Below are positions 24,337 to 38,305 of a DNA stretch of 64,000 bases, one piece after another (position 1 is the stretch's first letter; each line of letters begins with the position of its first letter). The stretch comes from Lama glama (Eukaryota). The translations under genes and the position numbers were made by a program. The DNA is taken from the NCBI GenBank assembly GCA_028534125.1, contig CM052818.1, positions 13,828,001-13,892,000 on the forward strand. The letters run 5' to 3'. A model generated the notes under the pieces. It saw only the letters and a program-made list of their open reading frames with translations, ran no database searches and was not told where the DNA came from.

Positions 24337-27300
24337 GAGTCTATTTGAGAATAAACAGTTGAAATTATTGTTGATTCTTTCCTATTCTAGCTACAGGATA
24401 CGTTTATGTATTTCACCCTGTTCTGGTTCTTTTCTAACCTTAGAGAAAGTTCTATAAGAAAAAAAATTAAAAATCAAATAAAAACTATCTAACATTGATA
24501 TAAGGGGAAAAAACCAAAATGGTTTTATATAAATACCATTACATAATAGGAAAACAGGATGTCTCCCAGGTAACAGAAGATCAGAGGCTGTCATTGCCTT
24601 TGAAAGTAGAATGAGACATTACCAACAAAGTCCTGTGTCATGAAATACACGGTCAATTTAAGCAAATTATTCTTTATTTGAATGATGTGTTTACATGCCT
24701 CAATTCTCCATTTATTTTGTGTGCTAAAATGTGAACTTTAAAGAGAAATGGAGGAAATCTTTGAAACAAAGGAAAATACACTGAGAAGCCATTAAGATAT
24801 AAAAATAATCTGAAAAACTAGGCTTGACAAACAGTAAAAAATTAACTTACACACTTGAATTTGAGAATGTTCAGTACATACTTAAAGAGGATTTTTGTTC
24901 TCTATAGTCTGTCAAACAGTTAATTGGATTTTCATGTAGTTAGCTTAGCATCTAGCTGGCCACTAGTTCCAGCTAGAATAGAAGTGTGTATTGTTAATAT
25001 TGTTTTATATAGATTAGACTTTAATTCAGTGGAATTTTTGTAGTTATATAATTTGTATTTTGTCATCTACCCATATTAATGTTCTAGTACGTGTCTGTAT
25101 TCTGTATAAAATAAATGAATATAGGAAAATTGATGCTGATTATATGGGATTTATTTTTGTAATTTTGAAAATATTCAAAGTTAATAGAATAGATTGATAC
25201 CTTTAAAGGTTAGTTGTATAATAACAAATAGAAGTAATTTGAGGCATTTTTTTCTAGCAGTCAATTCAAATAACCTTAACTGAATTACTATACAGATATT
25301 TCACGAGAAAATATTTTTTGAGTTAGACATACAATTAAGGGCCAATTTAGTTGACTATCTTTTGATATAGATACTAAATATATACCACTGCTTTATTCAG
25401 AGTTTTTGCCTGCCATGTGTAAGACATTTAAAAAGTAGAGCAAAAAAAAAGTAAGCCATGTATCTGCCTTAACTGTCCCTGTTTTAAATTTATTAGCCCA
25501 TCTCTAGAGGGTCCCTTCACCTTGTGGCACCTCTTCCCAAGCCTTACTTCATGCAGTTAGTCAGTGTCAATTAAGCTTTCATTATCTGCTGATCATCAGC
25601 ATCAAATAAATGATAATGTTTCAACTGAACCTTGAAGAATGATAGAAATTTGCAAGGTAGAAATGGGGAAGGGCATTCTATGCAAATAAAGCACAAAGGT
25701 GTGTTTAGCAATTCTGAGTAATATTAAATATATATTAGAAAAGGGCAAATTTGGAGGCATGGAGACGAGTTAGGAAGTTATTGTAATAGTCTGGACAAGA
25801 TATAAGTGTGTTCATTAGTTGGCGCATTTTCATTTTATAATGAAAACATTAGACATAGAGATAAGGGTGTGTATGTTGAACTAAGACTTTCAGGAAAAGG
25901 AATTGAGAATAGTTAATAACTATGATTGAATCTGGGGATCAGGAAAAGAAGTGTGTTAAGACACTAAACCTGCTTCTTTCTCAGCCAGTAAGTTAGCCTT
26001 AGCGTCACAAAGAAAATTAGTTTATAGACATAAATTTCTTTAACATTCCATCCCCTCCATCTTGGAATTATGTATATCTGCATCTGTCTTTACCTCTAAT
26101 CTCAGATGGTATCCCTAATTCCTTTGTTAGTCTGACCTCTTCATCTTTCCGGTTGATTTTGTTCCCTCTAACCCCCTTTGAAAATACAATTATATTATTA
26201 AGATATTTATTCTTGCCATCAAGGACTATATAGTCTAGTTATGGAATTGAATGTGTTAATAAAATCAAAAAAGTAAGTTTAGTGGTGGAGTTGCAAACAG
26301 TGCTATGTGATCACTCTTGTTTTTCTCTTTTAACAGCTCTTTTCCTGTGTCTTCTCTGTCAATATAGTTTCCTAGGGTTATGTTCTTAGGCTTCTTATCC
26401 ACTTACTCTAAATGCTGAGCATGCCCATCCATCACCTCACCTGATGTCTATATTATTCTCTGCTTACTGGACATCTGTATTTGGACAGTCCAGAACTCAA
26501 GCATCACAAATTTAATATATCCAAAGTCACACTCATTAAATGCTTTAAAATTGCTTGTTGATTCAAGCTGTTACCAGAATGAGTGAGATTTGTTCTCTGT
26601 TTCAATGAACTTAAAATCTGGTTGAACAAAAAACAGATACATGGAGTATGTGTATGCACATTTGACTGTCCTTTATGATTGGATTGTTGCATTCTGTTGA
26701 TTCTTATTTTGTAGTTAGCTTTATTCCTTTGATAACTATGTGAGTTTAAAAAGCTAAAGCTCTAATCTGTTCTTAGAAACAATAATCAGTACATATATAT
26801 AAACTTTAAAAAAGTGCTATATACTGTATATATGTATTTACGTGAAATACAATGTATATGTACAGTTGAACTGTAATAATTCTACCTAATAAAACTGAAA
26901 AAGAAAAAATAGATACATATAAGTTAATTACAGTAAAAGGCAGAATATGATAAAATTTCTCATATATATACACTTCAAGTTTTTATTTGGTTTAGTCATC
27001 AGGGTTCTCAGGTATAAGAAATAGATTAATCTATAACTCCTAGTTTATGATTCATCCTCAAAAACTGTGTTCATGAACTATCTTTTTTGTTAAAAAAAAA
27101 ATTAAGACTAATATAAATATTCGTGAGCCCACCCTTCAAAAATATGACAAATACTGACACTCAAATCTGTCTTCCTCTTCCCGTTGTGTATATTTGTGTC
27201 TTTAGTATATCATTCTCTTTTTTAATATTCTGCAAGTACTCTGTGCCCTGAAAACAAAGTTTTCAGTGAATTTTAAGTCTTAACTATTCATATATGTTTG

Positions 27301-27679
27301 TATAAAAATGTTACACATTAATATCATAGACAAATACTTAATAATATGATAAATCTATCCACCTCCTCTTTCTGTAGATTCTTATTATACAACTAAGAGG
27401 AATATTTTGAGACTCAGATTTCTAGATGCCTTTTTGAGTATTAATTTTTGCTTTTGACAACCTAGACTGTAATCTGGAGCTCTCTTTTACTCAGTGAGTT
27501 TTTTGCTCATTACCAGGAATAGTTTAAAAGGGGGAGTCAGCAGTAAGAGAAGGATAATTTAATTTGAAAGACTATCTTATAAGATCTATTTATACTACCA
27601 AAGTCTGTGGTCATAAACTATCCTTAAAAAGAATTTTATGACCTTCAGTAATGAACTAATTATTTTAATACTTGGATAG

Positions 27680-27821
27680 TAGGTACAAACTTTTGGAATC
27701 AAAGTTAGAGTCCACTCTAAAAAAGTCCCTTGAAATAAAAGAAGAAAAGATTGCTGCATTAGAAGCTCGATTGGAAGAATCAACAAACTATAACCAGCAA
27801 TTGCGCCAGGAGCTTAAAACA
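27680..27821 (+). CDS. CCDC88A: CCDC88A exon (~17): (S)RYKLLESKLESTLKKSLEIKEEKIAALEARLEESTNYNQQLRQELKT; alternative start at 27683
   Basis: TAGTAG tandem acceptor; ACA|gtaagt donor. Confidence 0.93.
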
Positions 27822-27902
27822 GTAAGTAACTTCCTTGGAAAGCATTTCAGTTGTTAACTATTTGGACAGAAAAGTGTAAAGTAGAAAATAAAAAGGCAAT
27901 AT

Positions 27903-28008
27903 GTGGGGAAGGGTATAACTCAGTGGTAGAGTGCGTGCTTAGCATGGATGAGGTCCTGGGTTCAATCCTCAGTACCTCCATTAAATCAGTCAATCAAATT
28001 ACCCCCCC
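27903..28008 (+). mobile_element. Vic-1-like tRNA-Ala SINE
   Basis: ggggaagggtataactcagtggtagagtgcgtgcttagcatggatgaggtcctgggttcaatcctcagtacctcc; perfect 12-bp target-site duplication aaaaggcaatat (27891-27902, 28009-28020). Confidence 0.9.
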
Positions 28009-28910
28009 AAAAGGCAATATAATTTTATTAATAATTTGTCTATTTCTTCCTGTTTCTTAAATTTGAGAGTATTAAACAGATTTTTGTCAGAGAGTCTGTA
28101 ATAAACTATTTTGTCTATGCACTATAATTTATTCTATCCTATTTCATGTGTGATTGTCCCCCATGCAGTTAGGGACATAACAAAATTGTGAGCATGGGAT
28201 GGGAAAGAGGCAGGCATATTTCATTGGGAAAAGCTGTCAGTGTGGTACTTACACTTCACTTTGACACTTTTCCTATTGAGAATCCAGGCAAAAGTTTGAT
28301 AGGCAAAGATACGGATGTGAGGATACAAGTAAAGGGAAATAGTATGTGTGGTGTAAGAAAGCACTCAATCTCATAAATTTGACGTCTTTTCTAGGTCTGT
28401 TTTCTTGTGATACTTGGAATTATTCAATGAAGTTTTTGAAGTAGGGGCAGCTGTCTTTTTCCCCTACATGAATAAATTAAAATTGAAGGGGATTGCCCAT
28501 TCCATAGGGTTAGTGTTTGGTAGATTGGTAGAATCATATTATGATTTATTCTTCCTTTTAGCATCTCTGTAGTTACACCCAGAGTGGTTTTATAGTCAAA
28601 CATTCAGACTAACAGATTTACTAAGGGCCACATTTAGAACCATTTGATTAGGAACACTATAGAAAATATAAGTTGATATTTATATAATATAGTAGGTCAC
28701 TATCAGGTGTTCCTCTTCACATAATTGTCTGAGAGTCATCCTCTCACCAGATGACTGTTCAGGTGCAAGAAGACAAAATTCACATTGAGTATGTTGCGGA
28801 GCTGCCCTGGCTTTGAGGCTTCATGTTCCACAGCAGTCATCATCTCTTGCAACCACTCCAAAGGCATGGATTTAAGATCTTCACAATCTTAAGATCTTAA
28901 GATTTAAGAG

Positions 28911-29051
28911 AGGGGAGGGTATAGCTCAGTGATAGAGCATATGCTTAGCATGCACAAAGTCCTAGGTTCAATCCCCAGTACCTCCATTATTTGTTTGTTT
29001 GTTTTATATAAATAATTTATTTAAAATAAATACTTCCCCACCAAAAAAAAA
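28911..29051 (+). mobile_element. Vic-1-like tRNA-Ala SINE
   Basis: ggggagggtatagctcagtgatagagcatatgcttagcatgcacaaagtcctaggttcaatccccagtacctcc; target-site duplication aagatt(t/a)aagag. Confidence 0.9.
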
Positions 29052-30756
29052 AAGATTAAAGAGTTGCTGTACTCAGAGAAGTTCAAAGATAGAACTTCCT
29101 ACTAGATATTTATAGTTCTCCCAGTACAACTGTAATTTACCAATCAAGGGTCTTTTTTCACATAAGCAATCTTGCCTGGCGACATAGAACATTCCAGTTT
29201 TATCGGGTTTCCAGAGAAACAGCTACCCCAAGATGTTGTTTTCATGCAGAAAGGGGAAAAGGTTTTGTTTTCCATTTGCCCATACCATCACTGCTGCTGT
29301 TTGTCTCAGACATAAACATGGAACATACTTTGTTAGAGAAGAAATTATTGAACTTTGCTTAGTTAACATAAAGGATTATCCAAAAAATAAAGTAAAAATT
29401 TTTGCCCTATTAAGCAGTAACACTATGGTGCAAATAAAGTCAACTTCATGAAGCTACTAAGCCAGAAAATGAATGGGTTTTGAGTATGGGTTGATAATAT
29501 GTGTATTTCAAGTCTGAAAGATTCTGATTAATGATACATAAGGTAAAGGAACCATTATTTGAAACTTAGTTGTGAGAACAATGGGCTAACATGAGAAGTT
29601 TTGAGTTTTAGTCTCAGCTCCCCTTCTTAATAGTGACAGATGTTTATAATCTTTATAAGCCTAGAAAAAAGATCCTGTGGGAAATTAATATAAAATAGGA
29701 GACTGGAAATAACATCACTCATCTGTTTTATTAGGGTGTTGAAAATTAAAAATGGAAAATCAGAATCACAGAACACCTATTAGATCACTTGCCAAGCTTT
29801 AAATTACATTCTGTCGTGGCATCTTTTTTCTTTAGTCTCACGTCATTATTTTCTAACTCAGTAGTAGGAAAGGTTGAGCCATAAGCTTTGTTGAGGTTGC
29901 ATTAGACACTGAATTATTTTGAGCATTTTTTTCCTGCCTTAATAGAAAGTTTGGAGTTAATTTAGAAATTAATGATAATTGTTTCCTAGGATAAACTAGC
30001 GATTTGAGGTAAGGATAATAATAATCCATTTAAATTGAAGAGAGCAGTTAAGTTAATCAGTAAAATCTGCTAATGTAGGATGATGACCAAGTTGTTAGTT
30101 TTGAGTTGGCTCACTTAAAGTAGGATTTGGTTGTAATCACACCAGAAACCCTGGCTAAGATACATCTTTGGATTGCTCACTGTTCATAAAATGAATTAAA
30201 GTAATTATATATGGATCAAGATTTGAAAAAAGAAGTCATTTATTTATTAACATAGATCATTCTGGGCAACATATCTTTCCTAGAAGGCAAGATATATATA
30301 GATACTTCCTCAACTTTAGGTGTCTTTTTTAAGAGGAATTATTACATGTGTCAAGTCTTTATTTGTTCTTTACATGGGAATCTTTGAAAATTCTGTATCA
30401 GCTATAGATAGCTCTAAAAACAGTTGCTAGTATTTAGCAACTTGTCCATGTCCAGTTAATCTAGCCTTCAGTGGCATTTTCATCATAAACAATAGGATCT
30501 GTAATTACAAAATATATTGTAGGAATATGGCACATAAGAGGAGCATATTTAATGTTTCTAAAGGAGAAGATTTGCATTTTTATAAAGCATAAAGTGTGAT
30601 CATAATAGCAATGATAATTGTGCATATTGTTTATCACATTTTAAAATAAAGTGTCTCTCACATTCACCAGACCATTGTAGAGTCTAATTAATTGTGATAA
30701 ATATAACCTTGGAGGTAATTTTTCTCCCCATTAAAATATTTTAAATAATATTTTAG

Positions 30757-30921
30757 GTGAAAAAGAATTATGAAGCTCTTAAACAGAGACAAGATGAGGA
30801 AAGGATGGTACAGAGTTCTCCTCCAACGTCTGGTGAAGATAACAAATGGGAGCGAGAAAGTCAAGAAACTACTAGAGAGCTTCTTAAAGTTAAAGACAGA
30901 TTAATTGAAGTAGAAAGAAAT
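30757..30921 (+). CDS. CCDC88A: CCDC88A exon (~18): VKKNYEALKQRQDEERMVQSSPPTSGEDNKWERESQETTRELLKVKDRLIEVERN
   Basis: atattttag acceptor; AAT|gtaagt donor; 165 nt. Confidence 0.95.
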
Positions 30922-31099
30922 GTAAGTATTTTAGTAGGAATAAGGCTTTTTAGAAGTAAAGGATCATTGAGTTTATAAAACTCAGAAAATATATCTGATC
31001 TGGTTTTATAGCTTTGATCATTTCATACTTTAACTGATTTATTTTATAATATTTAAAAAGACGAAAAACTAATAATTTAATATGCGTTTCTTTATCACC

Positions 31100-31930
31100 C
31101 TTGTATAAGTCCGACAGCGAGCTGTGTCAACCCTGTCTTTAAATATAACCCACACTCGTCTACTTCTCCCCATTTCTGCTGCTGCCACTCTTAAGTTACC
31201 ATCATCTTTCATCTGGACTATATAGAGTATCCTCCTAACTGGTCTGCCCCCTTTCACTCCTGACCCAATCTGACCCATTCTCAATGCAGTAACCTAGAGT
31301 AAATTTTTAAAACATAACTCAATTCACGTTACTTTCCTACTTAAAAACTTCAGTGGCTTCCCATTTCATTGAGAATAAAATCCAGACTCTTTACTGTATC
31401 CATGAGATCCTTCTTGACATTTCCCTGTCTCTATCTCTGACCTTATGCCATATTACTCTTCTACACACCATGTTTATTAATCTGGGGATATTATTATCTG
31501 TTAATATCTGGAAAACATGGAACAGAGCCTGGCATATAATAAGTAAATTAATTCTGGTCATAGTGGTCTTTTCTGTTTGCCCCTATCTCAGGGCCTTTCT
31601 GTTTGCTTCCCCTACCTGGAACACATGGCTGGCCTCCCTTAGCATTCAAATCTCATGTTAAATAACTCCTACAAGAGGTCTTTCCTGACCTCTTCTCCCA
31701 GTAAAGTAGCTATCCCCAAACTAAACCATTCACCATCACACCACTGCCTTGTTTAGTTTCTTCATAGCTTCTTTCACTGAAAAAATTATTTATTCATTTA
31801 TTTATTGTCTACTGAAAACAAGCTCCTTGGAAGCAAGTAGCTTGTCTTTTGTTCACAGCACTGTGCCTTCAGTATGTAGAACAATGCTTGGTAGATAGCA
31901 GGTACTTAATAAATGTTTGCTGAATGAGTT
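31100..31930 (+). mobile_element. L2 3' fragment
   Basis: ctcctaactggtctgcc; cttcagtggcttcccatt; ends acttaataaatgtttgctgaatga. Confidence 0.75.
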
Positions 31931-32734
31931 TAGTAAATATTTGACAGTAGACGATTTTCAAATGAATTCAGCAACCATTTATCCTTCAAAGATGAATGAG
32001 CTTAAGAAACTTACATGGTAACAAGTAAAATAGTTGTGATTGTTATTATTGTTTTTTAAGTTAATATTAATTGAAAACTTTAAGCCATGAAGCCAGAAAT
32101 TAATCTCCTACACTACGGATTCCTGCTTTCTTATCCAAAAATAATCACTGTAAACAGTTTATTTTTCCAGAAAATGTTTGTGATTTATCTGTGTTTAGAA
32201 ATATATTTCTTTTACAGATTCACACTTGTGGGATCTTAATTGTATTTTTCAATTATATTATCTTAGAGATCTATTTTAGCAGATACAGATCTATATAGTT
32301 TTGTTTGATGACCACATATTATTCCATAGTGTGCATGTTACCATGATTTATTTAAATAAATCTTAAATCAGTGGAAATTTATTTTCAGATTTTGCTGCAG
32401 TGAAAATCCATGTATAACGTGTCCATAAGGTAGTAAATTGCTGACAGTAGAACTGATAGGCCAAAGGGTTTCCATATATACATATTTCTGTGTGTGTGTT
32501 TAATTTTAGTTGATATCATTATACTAGCCTTTCAGAGAAACATCAATCTTTATTCCCACTAATAGAGTACCTATTTTTGCTGATTAACATTGGGTATGAC
32601 CAGCCTTTTAATTTTTATTAAAATGATAGGAGAAAATGTTTTACTTTGTATATTTTAAATTGTTAGTGAGCTGTTTTTCATCTTTTTACATATTTATCAG
32701 CCATATATGAATACCTGTGTTTAGTTATTCGCAA

Positions 32735-32853
32735 TATATATTTATATATATACACATACTTCACACATACATATATATATATACACACACATGTATATAT
32801 GTATATATACATATGTGTGTATATATACATATATATACACACACATATATATA
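32735..32853. repeat. Compound TA/CA/TG microsatellite within old L1-like sequence
   Basis: Visible runs. Confidence 0.85.
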
Positions 32854-34532
32854 TTTCAATCCTTTGGATTAATAATTACATTTCAGAAGAATTGGCGTAT
32901 AAAGTTGTTTAAGATAAATCTCTTTTCTCATTAATTTCTGTATGAAGTTCTATGGAGGAGAAAAAATTTCTTGGTTCTCATATTTTAGCTATTATAGATA
33001 ATGGGTTTATAAAGATGGCTACCCTACATTAGGCTGGTAATTTTTGTGCATTTGCCAGTAAATATATTTGCTAACCTCATATTTTTCAATTGTAAACTAT
33101 TTCCTGCTCTGAGATACCCTTTCTACTCTCAGTTGTCTCTTCTATTCATTATAGACTATAGGAACTTTTCTTATTCCTGGCGATACCCAGACTCATCATT
33201 AGAGTTTGTACATTCTTTTTACTAAAGAGCTGAACTATAATAGTGCTTAACATATGTAAGTGAAAAATGGTTCACCTCTTTGGTGTGTCAAGATGGTATA
33301 TAAATACCTCAGTAGTCCATAATTATTTTTGCATGTAATTTCTTTAATCCTTTGTATTTGATCAAATGATCAAAAGGCAAGTAATGCACCATCAGTACTT
33401 ATTTTAAAGCGTTTTTCTTCCTCAGCTTTGATTTTATGGTATAAAATATAGGTTGAATCATGACTTGCCTTTTATACAGTGACATGTAGTATATATATCT
33501 TAAAAGCCTATAAAGTGAATGTTGTCTTTGTCCCATAATGTAGATATGATAAAAGTGATCTGTTGTGGTTCAGTTGTAACTTTTTTTGCATATTGCAACT
33601 ATATATAAATTCTGGCCGTATTGTATATTGAAGTTTTATTTTGGTTTTCTAAGGGGTTCTTCCTTTATACTTTTTGATGCTAAATTTTTTATGAAATGTT
33701 ATTTAGAAATAATCCTGAAAATGTAATATCCATAACAAACATTTTAATATCTGTCACATTAAATGTAATGATCTATAATTTGCATAGTAATTCAACTGTT
33801 TAACTGTAAAATTGAAATGTGGCCATATATACTGGAAAAATTGAAAATAATGTGTTTTGTTTGGATTTGCTCCAGAAGTCCTATAGATGGAATAAAGTTT
33901 TAGTCAGTGTTTTATACCATGAAAAAATCACTTAAGAAAATATGTAACATCTGTTATGTCTATTATGGACTGAATTTTTTAAACAGATGGTTAGATTGTT
34001 CCTGCTTCTCTTCCAAATATTTGTGTCTATAAAATACTTAATAGTTTTGCTGCTACTCCTGGGACCACCACACATATAATATGTATATATACACATACAT
34101 CATACGTACATATCTACATATATGTATATTGCCTTTGGGCAGTTAGAAAATGTACACTGCATTGGCTAGACACATGGCCCCATGCCCTCTGGACACTTGA
34201 ACAGCATAAAAACCATACAGTTGACAATCCCATTCTAGTTTTTTGTGTTAAATACATTTAGAATGGATATGTTATTTTTCAGACATTATAGAGCAGACAG
34301 GACAGAGGCACGTTAGTAAATTAAGGTTTTAGTAATATTACTTTCTTTTCCTTAGGTTAAATATCTTTTTACAGTTTGGGATGGGGGAAATGTTTTGTCT
34401 TTTCTCTTTTAAGATTGTTGGTATATTTTTGGATTATAATGGTAATAAATACTTGTACAACATTCTGGTATCTGTTAGACAGAAATATATTTGATACTGC
34501 TTTTGTTTTTAATATGTGTTTTCTTTATTAAG

Positions 34533-34694
34533 AATGCTACACTGCAAGCAGAGAAGCAAGCATTGAAAACTCAGCTGAAGCAACTTGAGACCCAGAACAA
34601 TAATTTGCAGGCTCAGATTCTTGCACTTCAGAGGCAGACAGTGTCGTTGCAAGAGCAGAATACTACTCTTCAAACACAGAATGCCAAGCTTCAG
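34533..34694 (+). CDS. CCDC88A: CCDC88A exon (~19): [54 protein letters not shown]
   Basis: ctttattaag acceptor; CAG|gtagaa donor; 162 nt. Confidence 0.94.
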
Positions 34695-35659
34695 GTAGAA
34701 ATGTAATACTATGAGGTTATGCAACCAAACTCTTGAATTATGCTGTTATGCTATCAAAATAAGGATGACTAGACATGGTAACATTGTTGCTTAGTGAGTG
34801 AATTTAACAATTAGTTTAAGAAAAGCTGCTATGCCAAATTTTCAGATATCAGTATTTTTTAAAAGTCAGAGCCTCTAAATTAATAAATTCCTTCAACAAA
34901 TGAAAAAATAAAGATAATTTTAGTTATATTTGCTTTATTGCCAGTTCAACAAGTTGATTATAATTAATCAGTTAGAAACTCTTGTTTTAAGACCATCATT
35001 GCAAGATACCCATCAGTTATTGGAAAACAACGCAGCGTGAGAGTTTTGTCTTTAGACTTGCGCTTAGTTCAAAGGAGCCATCTTACACTTAACACTGCCA
35101 GTGTCTTTTCAAATAGAATAGTCAGGTAGGAGAAAGTGCAACTCTGAAACCTCTTTAAAAAGCTGGGAAAAGAAGTTGCCTCTCTGATGCTAAAAGTTCT
35201 CTCTATAACTCTTTTCCAAACGATAAAGCAAATACTAATTTAATTTAGACTCGAGAAAATTTCCAGTTGAATTTCACAAGTAATTTTTTAGTTCTATCAA
35301 CTTTAAACTTCTAGGAAATTATAAACTGGCATTTTCAGTTCTGTACCTTTTATGGAGTTGTTGCTAATCATCTTCATTTAAAATAATTCAACCCAAAACA
35401 TATATATGATATATATCTTACACTGTGTATGTCTCATAATATATGTATTATGAGATGTATATAACACCTACCAAAAGTAAAAAATTAATGGTAGCCTTAT
35501 TCTTCAGGATGCTAAAAATTCAGATATTCTTTGTATAATATGAATATATCTGCTGTGGTTTATTTATTTAGCACTTGCTAAAGTTAACATCTTTTATTTT
35601 AAAAGAAAGAACAATATAAGCTATTTTTCTTATGTCTAATACAATATACATTCTTACAG

Positions 35660-35937
35660 GTTGAAAATTCCACCCTTAATTCCCAAAGTACCTCACTTAT
35701 GAACCAGAATGCACAACTCCTAATCCAGCAGTCTTCCTTAGAAAATGAAAATGAATCTGTAATCAAAGAGCGAGAAGACCTGAAATCTCTCTACGACTCT
35801 CTGATCAAAGATCATGAAAAGCTGGAACTTCTACATGAACGGCAGGCTTCAGAGTATGAGTCTCTCATTGCTAAACATGGAACTCTAAAGTCTGCTCACA
35901 AAAATCTTGAAGTGGAACATAAAGACCTTGAGGACCG
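35660..35937 (+). CDS. CCDC88A: CCDC88A exon (~20): VENSTLNSQSTSLMNQNAQLLIQQ...HKNLEVEHKDLED(R)
   Basis: ttcttacag acceptor; CCG|gtaatt donor; 278 nt. Confidence 0.95.
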
Positions 35938-36162
35938 GTAATTTATTATCTTTTCTTATGTTATTAATTTAAAACCAGTTTTATTTGGGTAATATAATAA
36001 ATTTTATGTATGAACAGATCTGAGATAGTTTATGTAGGAAACTTATATGAATTAACATGTTTTATGTGATTACTTATTAATAAATGACTCCCATTTCCTT
36101 TATTTCTATAATATTTTTTTCTAAGGAAATATAAACCAAATACATAACTTTTTTTTTTCCAG

Positions 36163-36306
36163 TTACAATCAGTTACTAAAACAGAAAGGACAATTGGAAG
36201 ATTTGGAAAAAACGCTGAAAGTAGAACAGGAAAAAATGCTGCTTAAAAACAAAAACCATGAGACTGTGGCTGCCGAATACAAGAAACTTTGTGGTGAAAA
36301 TGATAG
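36163..36306 (+). CDS. CCDC88A: CCDC88A exon (~21): YNQLLKQKGQLEDLEKTLKVEQEKMLLKNKNHETVAAEYKKLCGEND(R)
   Basis: ttttttccag acceptor; TAG|gtaata donor; 144 nt. Confidence 0.94.
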
Positions 36307-37506
36307 GTAATAAATATTTATATATTTTAGTTTTGTATTATTCATTATATCCAAAGTGTGTATTGCCCCTTTGTGGTACCATTCATAACTTAGAATTTTT
36401 TGAAAAGACCCCAGACCTGTAAGTAAATTAGCCAGCAAAATCATGTAGCTAGTTATAGAATCACTCAGACAAAAACCTGAATGTCCTGTTTTCTCTCGTT
36501 GTTTCTCTCTTGATTTATTCAACTAATTAAGTTTTTAAGCCACTTTATATAACAAAATTTGTGTACGTTGTTAGTCTTTTGAAGTTGGTACAAGTGAGCA
36601 GTCTCATGATTTCCTAGCTGATTGATTTGTACTTTTATTTTTGACTTAGGTATTAATGGTCTCATATTGCTATGGGGTAACTTTTTAAAATTTGAAGCCT
36701 TGGAAAGATCAAAACTTACTAACTGGTAATCAGCCTACTTCATGAGGATATATTTTCAAAAAATTTTTAGAAACCTTTGAAAAATGTAAACAGCCTAAAA
36801 ACATTTGTATTGCATTTACATTGCCATAGCTGAAGTGCTGAAAGACAGCACACAAAATTTAAATGGGGATCATTCATTGAGTATTTGTCCTATTATGAAT
36901 ATGATACATTCTGTTTTTAGAATTAAATATCTATTTCTTTTCCTTCCCCCAAAAACCTCCCTAAGCTTCTAGAGCCATTTTCATTTGTATGCTCCATAGT
37001 TTTTAATTCAGTAATTGTTACAACTAGAAATTCTGTGCTGAGCGATTTGAACTTTAACAGTCTCAACAGCAGGCTAGGATCAAAGAGGTTGTATTTGTGC
37101 AGTATAAATAATAGAAGACCAAATTGTGATAAGTTAGGATAGGATTAGGACAGGGTTTTTATTACATACCTAACATTGCCAGATGCATTTAGTGTGGAAG
37201 TCCCATCTTGAACCTAACTGGGATTCAAACCAAATTTGGACGTTTGGGAACTTGAGTAGATCTTCCAGAAATCTAATTGTATACATTACTGAGGAGTCTT
37301 TAGAGAAAAAACTTGGCCCAAATGTTAAGAAGAAATTGAGCATGGTGAACTTGAACCAGAAGATTATGTAGACTTGGAAGGGAAGAATGGTCCTGAGTAG
37401 AGTATTTTCTGTCTCTCTAAGGTGTTCTTGCCCAGCTTTTATGCACTCGTGCCAGTGTTCTAAGGGAAGTAAAGACTTTAAAGTAAAACCCGAAAGAGCT
37501 CTTTCA

Positions 37507-37673
37507 CAAACAAGATTACACTGTATATAGCACAGGGAAATATACACAAAATGTTATGATAAATCACAGAGAAAAAAATGTGACAATGAGTGTGTATATG
37601 TCCATGTATGACTGAAAAATTGTACTGAACACTGGAATTTGACACAACAAAAAATAAATAAATAAAATAAAAA
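37507..37673 (+). mobile_element. Young L1 3' end, same family as 2029-2107
   Basis: tacactgtatatagcacagggaaatata...tgaacactggaatttgacacaac (reverse complement of part of the 2029-2107 element), followed by an A-rich tail. Confidence 0.75.
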
Positions 37674-38305
37674 CTATTTATGAAAACTTGTCAAACAAGC
37701 AATATCCATTCCTCTAGATAGCCTAAGTTTTAATCTTAGATAATGCCAAACCAAGAAAGTTTCTTACATGAGCAAGGTTGTCTTGCCTTTTTAGAGTTAT
37801 GTTCACTGAATTGTGCGTTGGTGTTAATGTTCTCAGCTTTGAGGGACGGTGTAAAAAACTCTCCTAAAGAGATGATTTTAGTATTTGCCGTTGAGATGCT
37901 ATTGAGAACATTGTATATTATATCTCTATATCCCACACCCCATGAAGCATCAGTAGGAAAATCTTTGATCTCCATGGGTATTGATATACTATGTTGGTGT
38001 CTGTATGTGTCAGTGAGGTTTGACCAACTGTTAAATTCAGGCATGTATTCATTCCTAGATTCAACCTATTTATGGAGCATTTATTGTTTGTTTTGATCTT
38101 GCCATTTTATTGTTTTGTACCAAGTCTTGATTTTTAGAATGTTTATTTTATTACTTATAATTCTTGTAAATTGATTCAAATTCTTTGGGAAGTGAGTTGA
38201 AGTAAATTATTGGATGTTCTGAGAAAATACTGTACTGAGCAAAAGTTTGCTTTGTTTGGCTGCCTTCTCCTTTTCTGGGTTCCTGATCTTAATGCCATTA
38301 GGTGA

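Noticed and set aside
37736..38096. Overlapping 102-aa and 117-aa ORFs on opposite strands
   Set aside because: No recognisable protein, no in-phase splice sites linking to CCDC88A, and a length compatible with chance.
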